Shown piece after piece: positions 56,490-64,000 of a stretch of 64,000 nucleotides of DNA (position 1 is its first letter; each line of letters starts with the position of its first letter). Both the position numbers and the translations under genes were made by a program. The notes under the pieces are model-generated. The model was not told the DNA's origin. It worked only from the letters and a program-made list of their open reading frames with translations, and did no database searches. The stretch comes from Babesia bigemina (lineage: Eukaryota), in contig NC_027217.1 in NCBI RefSeq assembly GCF_000981445.1, positions 806,001-870,000 of the forward strand. The letters run 5' to 3'.

Positions 56490-59270
56490 CTACTTCCCGT
56501 TTTGCGATGGCTCGCGCTTCTGCGTGTTGCGGATGGAGAGCGTATGCGGGAACGTCATGGGCTGAGTCGGAAGCATATACGTCACACCCAGCTTCTTGCA
56601 CTGGCGCAGCGTGAGCTCTAATAGCTCGCCTTTTAGCAGATAGATACGCTGCCAATTCCCCCAGCTCTCGACGCAGGTGACCCAGACGCTGATGTCGAAG
56701 CAGTGCCCCGGGTTGAACCCTAGGTAGAACACGATGCAGCTGTCCTTGACGAAGTCGTTGGGCCTCATGTTGCACGCGTTTTTGAGGTACGACTCGATGG
56801 CAACCAGCTGCTCCTCCGTGGTCTCGGCGTCGACCTTGAACTGGTAGTTCACCGTTGCCTTGGAAGAGCGGCTCTCGTTCGTTATCTTCATGGTCGACAG
56901 CACCGCGTTTTGGTACACCACAACCTTGCCCAGCATTGTGACGAATTCTGTGGTGTAGGTGCGGATTTTCCTGACGGTGAGCGGTTCCCCGTCGTTGAGG
57001 CGCACTCGGTCGCCGACGTTGTACGGGTTGGAAAATGCGACGAATATGACCGAAGTCACGAAGTTCGTGTACAGGTAGCTCAGCGCGACCGTCAGAGCCG
57101 ACAGCAGAGCTGCGCCCGATACTACGATGGCCTCGGCCGTTATTCCGGCTAGGAACGCCATGGTGACTATAGCCAGCACCCACGTAGCCACTGACAACAG
57201 CCTGGATAGCACCTTGAACACACTGTCTTGTCCTCTGATGGTGTTTGTGAACTTCTTCTGCGTGGAAAACAGGTTTAAGAGCGCCTGCTGCAACATGGAC
57301 TGGTTGATCTTACCGTGGCGTGACAGATCAAGCAGGCTCATGATGGTGTCGCACTCCTTCGGCAGAAGGAACGACCTCATCTGCTCCATGCAAATGAAAC
57401 GCGAATCATAGCCGTCAATGACGTGGAATTGGTAATCGGCAGTGGTGCTTTGGTCCGGAAATTCCTGACTTGCCTCACTCTCCAACAAACTGTTCCTGAA
57501 CTGCTCTAGGTGCATCATAGATATCGTGCGATGGTTCCTGAGCCTGACCTTCGACGGGCTTGTGCAGACTTTGAACATGCTGGTCGTTGCTTGTTGCGAT
57601 GGTTCAGATGCTTGTGCCATCTGATGATGCCCATGCGATGGGCCCCGCGGTGGTTCCACGATCCTTACCACCGTTGGTTTTGCATTGGACGGGCTACGTT
57701 CTTCGACCGCTTTCGCAGCGGCGTTGTCGTCAGACGGCGTTGCCCCCAGGGCGGGGCTCTTTGACACGCTCTGGTCCACTGCATCATTGGTCTCGGGAGC
57801 TCCCATGTCACCAAGTTCAGGCGCTGCGGTTGTTGCCATCTCCGGACTGTCAATGTTATCCTCCTCACTCGAGTCTTTGGCCTGCGTCAACTCGCCACGC
57901 GGTTCGGCATCCGATTGCAAATCATCCGTTTCTCCACCCGAACTCGCTCTTTCATTCAGCGTCATATACATCTGCTCGAACAACATCGCGGCGCAGGTCT
58001 CGATTTCTGCGCGCCCCCTGAGAACGATGTCCTCGCGTATCAACGAGATCACCGGTGGCACTCTGACGACGTAGTAGATGAGCAACCAGTTGGCGAAAGC
58101 GGAGGTGGAAGACTGATCAATCATCGCGTCGGTTGTGTCTGAAGGCACACTGAGATCCTCCTTGGTGCTGAAGTACTGCATGTAGGCCGTCTCATGGGCC
58201 TCGTGCAGTATGTGCAGCGCATTTTGATTCTTGAAATCGGTGATCCGGTCACTGTTACTCTGCGCGTCATTAAGCATCTTGCCGTCGTGTTGTTTGAGCA
58301 ATAACGCTTTCTTCAGCCGCTTGACGAGCTCCGGTTTGGAGATGACCAGCGCGAGCCAATCGATGTTGAACTTCCTGATGTTGGTGTACAGCTTGAGGTA
58401 CTTCTTCAGCGCTTCGTTGGAGTTCACGAGCAGGTTGAGTTCGAAGGTGAACGATATGACCGCCAGTGTTAAGCTCCGTATGGCCAGAATCAGGTGAACG
58501 TGTATGGCACACGTGATCCACACCATAGCGTCCTCCCGGAAGATCAGGTACTTGTGCGTGAAATCATACCAAAACGGAGTTTCGATGCAGAACATGTGCG
58601 CCTCATCCTTCACTGCATTTTCATGACACCACTGAGGCGCGGTTATGCAACTCACGTCTAGAGACCAGGATTTGCCAGATCACCGACTGCGTAGCCGCCC
58701 ACAGCAGGTAGAAGATCGTTGGGTCAAGCATGCTGATCGAGGCGAACACGTATGCGTTACGCGAGCAGGGTAGGTTGACGAGCAGGTTGATCAGTAGGTA
58801 CCTGCCGTGGATATGTTTTCGCATCCGCATTGCAGCCTACCTGATGATCATGGTAGCAATGTACATGACCAAATTCCCCGCCCAGATGAACAAAAGGCAC
58901 CATATCATGTTTATGTTGAAGTTAATAACGCCATTCTGACAAGCTGTTAACACCCTTCCTTGGTACCCACCTGGCTCTGGAGGAAGACTGTGTACGCGTT
59001 GAAGTTGAAGAGCGCGTATACCAGGATGATGACGGCGTGGATGGACATCCAGGTCGCCACTTGCCTGTCCGGAAAGAGTTCGTGAAAGAACTTGTTTAGC
59101 CGCAGGCAGGAGTCCGCGATCTCCGCGGCTTCGTCCTCATCGTCGTCGCAGCACGCCTCGGCGAATGCAGGCGGCTTTTCGCGCGACTCCGTTGGGGTGG
59201 ACTCATCTTCGCCTACACTGAGAATTTCTATGCGGCTGTCGCGCTGCTCCATCGGTGATGAGGAGTACAT
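56490..59270 (-). CDS. MscS-family mechanosensitive channel (paralog 2)
   Basis: EF-hand-like [26 protein letters not shown] and [14 protein letters not shown]. The 5' exons are approximate. Confidence 0.9.
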
Positions 59271-59800
59271 GAAGACAGTACTGACCCTCGGCGCCAAGGT
59301 GAAGCGCTCGTCCGTGTGGTGTCGACAGTCGCCCGCACCATTGTTTGCGCCGCTCGCGGCTATTAACTGCTATTATTTTACACACCGTTTTTGCGCATTT
59401 GCAAACGTCGCCCTGGGCACGCGGGAAACAAAGATTTGAGGTTGCAGCGACGCCAACAGCCTTCGTGAACGCGTTCATGCGGGCTACGATTACGGTTTCG
59501 GAGGACTCTGAGCCCCGTCGTGAAACTCAGAGTGCCTTATGGCGTTAGTGTGTAGTTGGTAGATGTAGATGTGCAGGAATTTTCACCACCTCATTTTGCG
59601 TGTTGCGACTACTGTCACTCCCACCCCGAACACAGTGGAGCACTAATTTTCAATGCTGACACTCAATAACGTGATTCAGGACGCCGCAAACTGCTGCATT
59701 GTCTCTGGAACGGTATAACACCTAGTGCCGTATGAATTACAGAATTACAGTTCGGCGCATCACCAACCAACGCTGTTACCCGGCGTCGGATGCAGCGCGC

Positions 59801-62800
59801 TCAGTTGCCGATGGACGCTTTTACACTGCGCTGGTAGGTCCGAACGATCGCCGGCCAGAGCGAGTCGAACTGTTCCTCGACGAACAACGCGTCTGCATAC
59901 GGCAGCGTGTCAGCCTTGTTGACTGATTTAGCATTCTTGAATACGAGCGCCATGTCCGCCTTGAACTGCATTGGCATCGAATAATAACCCGAGAGCGCCT
60001 TGTTCGCTATTTTGGTGAGCCACATCGGGTGACCGACCAGCGACCTGTAGCCAACGTATGACTGCTCAGGGTCGTTGATGAACCAGCGCGCCTGGGGCAA
60101 CTCTTTCAGCGCCTCAATCGCTTCCACAGCCACTTGCAGCCAGTCGGAGCTGCCGCCGCTCGCTCCATCGCCGTGAATGCGTCTGAATGCGGCGATACGT
60201 GGTAGGCTGAGTCCGCTCGTGAGCAGGTCAATATGTTGTGACACCAGCTGCTCATTCGGCACCACGTCGCCCTCCCATGCGAAACCTTTGCCGAATAGCA
60301 GCATTATAGCCCGCCTGATCCTGATGTATATCTGCACTTGGAACGTTTGTGACGACATCGCACATGGTCTCAGCAGGTCGTATAGCAGGTCTCGCGTTTG
60401 CTTGGCGTACGGACCCTCCAAGTCTATGAAGAGCACTGGGTGCAGCTGTGCCAGTTCGTCAATCACTCGAGCGAATGCATCCCACGTGTGAATCTTCAGC
60501 TCCGCCTCGGTGAAACGTTCGCACAAGCGCCTGCTGCAGCGAGCTGCCTCATAGATTCCGGCAAACTGCCCAATCCGCTTTACCTGGGTTTCGTAATCCA
60601 CTTTCAGCATCCTCATGCAACAATGGGGGCTGTCATCCTCCATATCCTCTTCGTCGGATATGATGTAAGCGGACGTCATGAGGACCCTCAGAAGGGACTC
60701 GATGGCGGCGATGTGGACGTGGCTCGAATGGTACGTCTGACCCAGCTCGAAAGCAGCTTGCTCGGACCTCAATATGTTCTGCCTAAGCGGAATGAACGTG
60801 TGGAAGTCAAACGCGAAGCCAATGTCCTTATCCTGCGCGAATTTGTTGAAGCACAGCTCCAGCATTATCGGCTGCCTGCTCAAGCACCTGAGGAAGGCGG
60901 CCGTGAGCATCCTGTTGCAGCTTCCACTTCCGGGGATGGCATCGAGCCTGAAGAGGTGCCACAGCAGCTGCCAGAGTCGTCTGATCTCCAGACACGTAGA
61001 GGAGCCCTCCGACGTATGCCTTAGCGCACAAGGCGGAATGGCCAGGTACGAGCAGCAGTCTACGATGTTCGTCGCGTGCACCAGGTAGTTCACGCCGTTC
61101 ATGCCCTCCAACACCTTCGCTAGCATGTCCACCGCCATTTGAGGCGACGAACCCCAGCGGTCGCGCAATAGAGCTAACGCCTTGAAGAAATCCAGCATGA
61201 ACCGCGATTCGCTGGGGTGCCAGTAGTTCGCGCCGGTGTTGTTCAGCGAGAATGAGCTGAGGTAATTCGAGAACACCTGCTGCACTGCCTCCTGTATTCG
61301 GGGGTCTCGGTTGTGCAGACACACCAGGCTGTACAGACAGCGTGCACGCACTACCGGGTGCACGTGATGGCGCCGCACCAGCATTTCGATTTTCGAGACG
61401 GCCAGTTTAACCACAGGGCTGTCGCAGCTTGCGTAATTTACGCTCCTCCCAAGCGAGCCCATGGCCGCGGCCGCGTCTATCTGGCCGTATATGTTGTTGT
61501 CGCTAAGCAGCTGCTGCTCCCACATGCTGCCGCTCTGGCACCTGCGGATCCTCCCAATGAGCCTGAATCCGCTGTCGACGCTCGTCCAGAGCATTGGGAC
61601 GCGGCTCTTGCTGCATATTTTCGCAACGACTGAGCGGTTGTCCAGTTGCGCCAGTTCCGGATGGATGCCGAGGTAGAGCATTTTCATCCACTCGATAACC
61701 GTGCGATCGCTGTCGCTGTAGTGCCCGACGTACGTGTTCTTGCGGTTGCTGTCGTCTATGACGTCGTCTACGTCCTTTTCGGAGGTGCCCTTCATGGCAA
61801 CCTTCTTGCGTCCTCGTTCGGCCCTGGGGTTTACCTTGTAGCTGGTTGGCACCATGTCCCCGACCAACTTCACGTTCTCGCGGACGCCGTCGTCCTCCAC
61901 GATATCCACCTTCACCTGCGCAACCCACTGCTTGGATAGGCCCGCAGACATCGGAACGGGCTCCGTTTGCCCGTTCATGAGTGCCTGCTGATGGATGATT
62001 TGCCAATATGGCATCCCGCCGTTCGACGCAACGGGGAGGCTGGCCCGCCCCAGCAGCAGCTCGTAGCCGTTCTTGTAGACATACGATCCGCAGTAGGTGC
62101 CTCCGTTGTCCACATAGCTGTCGATGATGTTGTTCACATCACAGTGCTTTTTCAGGACATCCAGGCAGTCGTAGATGGGGCCGTTGCCGAGGCAAAACGC
62201 ATACGGGAATGGGCCAATGTAGCCGAACCCCATTAAGAAGTTTCCGTCTCGTCCAACCAGGTCGACCGGGTCGTGCCATATTTGCAGCAGACCCATGTTT
62301 CTCCGTAGGATGCCGGCCTCGGAGGACCCGGGTATGGGAGTGGAGTTTGCGATATCAACGAAGTCGAATGCGTGCGGAACGCTTGGGCAGTAACCGCTCT
62401 TACAGATGTTGTAGATCTGCGCCACACGTTCGAGCACCTGTCCCGCGTGGCCGCCGGAGTGCTCCTCCGTGTGGTCGTCCAGCTGCAGGATACGCGCCAG
62501 CTTGCCGTACGTTGTCATGAGATTGCGCGCTGCCAACTGCGAACCCATGGCAACTGTGTACGCCGTCCTCCCATCTTTGTGAACGTCGATTGGCGGCTGC
62601 AGGGGCTTGATGTCGATCCTGAAATTGAGGTGGTCCATGGAGGTACCCTTGCGCTGCAGTTGGAGGGAGAAGCTCACGTTGATCTGCGGGCACCCCGTGC
62701 CGTGCAGAAATGAGCTCACGATGCTGTTGTACTGCTTCATGATGGCGCTCAGATGGTCGTGGTCAACACCCCGTCTCAGGATGTCTTCGAGTTTGCAGTT

Positions 62801-64000
62801 GGGGTCCAGCTGGTTTTCGACCACAAGCCTGTTTGGCGGCCGCGCATTCCACGAGTTGATGTACCTCCGCACCATCTCGTCGCGCAGCGTGTCCCAGAAT
62901 ACCGCCCCGTTGCTACACGTGGTGATCGCATCGTCGTCTTCACCTCGCCGCGCACAGTTGGCGTCGGCACGCAAATCGTCGTCGCCGACCTTGCTGAAGA
63001 TGACCACCCGCCGACGCAGCGACTGAACGAGGAAGTTGTCCGGTAGGAAATTCGCCGAGACGAAGAGCGCCTCCAGGATAGCGGGAAGCAGGTGGCACTT
63101 GAGGACGAAGGCTCGGTCGGCCATCAGGATTGGCACTGAGGCCGAGCTGCCCTTGCGTTGACATAGGGGGTGATAGTCGCCGTAAATTTCGGTTATTGTC
63201 GCGAACAATTCACGCCTGGCCCACATTCGCACCTTGTACTCGTTAAAGCCCATGTTGCGCTTCACGAACTGGTCGACGAGGTACGACTGCAGCATGACGT
63301 CGAGGTGCATGTCCCGCGAGGGGTTCACCCAACGCTTGAGCGTGAACAGCGTCGCCAGGCCGTACGCGATGGCGATCCTGCAGTCGAGGCTCCTGAAGTC
63401 GTGGTCGATGTCGCTGTAGCTGTGGAGCACGTCGATCGAGTAGACGATCATGTTGGCGCCGCTGGGGTAGTACATGCCGTGGTAGTAGTTGGCGAGTGGC
63501 TCGATGAAACTCGTGTAAAGGTGGTTCTCCGAGCCCGTGAACGCCGTGCACCGTTTGATGTCGATGAAATTTTGGGTCCGGATGTTGGCGGAGATATTGC
63601 CGGGCACCGGGAAGGGCTGCCCAGGGAGGAACAGCATGAAGAAGCTGTCCGGCGCTTCGAAGTCGAGCACTCGGCGGTAAGTGTCCACACACTGGGCGGT
63701 CGCGATGTTGCTTGGCTCCAGCAGGAACCCGTAGCCTTTCAAGGTGACGTACGTAATCGGCACCTTGTGGCAGAGCTTGTGCTGCGCTGCCTGCAAGAAA
63801 GCCTCCACGCAATCTTCGTCATCGAGCGACTTGTGAGGCCGTTCTTCCGACACCTCATGGGTTTCCTGCAGCCGGTTGCCATCCCAGAACTCGAACTCTC
63901 CGGCGAACAATCCGAAGCTATTCCGCGGGAACACGCCGAGGCTGCTGCTCGACTCCCACTTAAACTGGAACGTGGTGGTTTTAGCAGCCATTTCAACCCC
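59801..64000 (-). CDS. TAF2-like protein with C-terminal bromodomain (5' end possibly outside window)
   Basis: Aminopeptidase-like body, TAF2-like MWEQQLLSDNNIYGQIDAA, and bromodomain WF..DP....Y...V.HPM.L..I..K...Y....FKADMALVFKNAKSVN. Confidence 0.78.
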   Translation of the reverse strand, partial: GVEMAAKTTTFQFKWESSSSLGVFPRNSFGLFAGEFEFWDGNRLQETHEVSEERPHKSLDDEDCVEAFLQAAQHKLCHKVPITYVTLKGYGFLLEPSNIATAQCVDTYRRVLDFEAPDSFFMLFLPGQPFPVPGNISANIRTQNFIDIKRCTAFTGSENHLYTSFIEPLANYYHGMYYPSGANMIVYSIDVLHSYSDIDHDFRSLDCRIAIAYGLATLFTLKRWVNPSRDMHLDVMLQSYLVDQFVKRNMGFNEYKVRMWARRELFATITEIYGDYHPLCQRKGSSASVPILMADRAFVLKCHLLPAILEALFVSANFLPDNFLVQSLRRRVVIFSKVGDDDLRADANCARRGEDDDAITTCSNGAVFWDTLRDEMVRRYINSWNARPPNRLVVENQLDPNCKLEDILRRGVDHDHLSAIMKQYNSIVSSFLHGTGCPQINVSFSLQLQRKGTSMDHLNFRIDIKPLQPPIDVHKDGRTAYTVAMGSQLAARNLMTTYGKLARILQLDDHTEEHSGGHAGQVLERVAQIYNICKSGYCPSVPHAFDFVDIANSTPIPGSSEAGILRRNMGLLQIWHDPVDLVGRDGNFLMGFGYIGPFPYAFCLGNGPIYDCLDVLKKHCDVNNIIDSYVDNGGTYCGSYVYKNGYELLLGRASLPVASNGGMPYWQIIHQQALMNGQTEPVPMSAGLSKQWVAQVKVDIVEDDGVRENVKLVGDMVPTSYKVNPRAERGRKKVAMKGTSEKDVDDVIDDSNRKNTYVGHYSDSDRTVIEWMKMLYLGIHPELAQLDNRSVVAKICSKSRVPMLWTSVDSGFRLIGRIRRCQSGSMWEQQLLSDNNIYGQIDAAAAMGSLGRSVNYASCDSPVVKLAVSKIEMLVRRHHVHPVVRARCLYSLVCLHNRDPRIQEAVQQVFSNYLSSFSLNNTGANYWHPSESRFMLDFFKALALLRDRWGSSPQMAVDMLAKVLEGMNGVNYLVHATNIVDCCSYLAIPPCALRHTSEGSSTCLEIRRLWQLLWHLFRLDAIPGSGSCNRMLTAAFLRCLSRQPIMLELCFNKFAQDKDIGFAFDFHTFIPLRQNILRSEQAAFELGQTYHSSHVHIAAIESLLRVLMTSAYIISDEEDMEDDSPHCCMRMLKVDYETQVKRIGQFAGIYEAARCSRRLCERFTEAELKIHTWDAFARVIDELAQLHPVLFIDLEGPYAKQTRDLLYDLLRPCAMSSQTFQVQIYIRIRRAIMLLFGKGFAWEGDVVPNEQLVSQHIDLLTSGLSLPRIAAFRRIHGDGASGGSSDWLQVAVEAIEALKELPQARWFINDPEQSYVGYRSLVGHPMWLTKIANKALSGYYSMPMQFKADMALVFKNAKSVNKADTLPYADALFVEEQFDSLWPAIVRTYQRSVKASIGN

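Noticed and set aside
55849..57183. 444-aa ORF appearing to give pescadillo a long N-terminal extension or an MscS fusion
   Set aside because: The upstream part is an off-frame reading of the MscS-2 CDS. Pescadillo homology begins at the ATG at 56355.

Overview
Eukaryotic, gene-dense DNA from a piroplasm (Babesia sensu stricto), judged from a ves1-like gene, apicoplast-type bipartite leaders and many ~33-40 nt GT-AG introns. Most ORF-track entries are exon fragments or antisense shadows. About 28 protein-coding genes can be reconstructed: EF-Ts, Sly1, an FKBP-like protein, a TBC GAP, NOL10/Enp2, MCM10, a HAD hydrolase, RF2, eIF4G, bystin, RPL36, an LLPH-like protein, Rpn8, a DnaJ protein, Nup42, IWS1, a RAP-like protein, two MscS paralogs, a ves-like repeat protein, Rad51, a UXT-like prefoldin, pescadillo, a TAF2-bromodomain protein and several hypotheticals. 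The best-supported non-obvious structure is a set of five guide RNAs in the enlarged introns of bystin: four C/D snoRNAs with readable rRNA guides and one two-hairpin H/ACA-like RNA with UGAG (CAB-like) loops. Other points of interest are zero-gap or overlapping gene junctions, including a same-strand MCM10/HAD overlap, and a ~10.7 kb low-GC, gene-poor island holding the ves-like gene. I cannot show a wholly new biological system from sequence alone. Homology calls rest on recognised motifs, not database searches, and exon boundaries are manual predictions.
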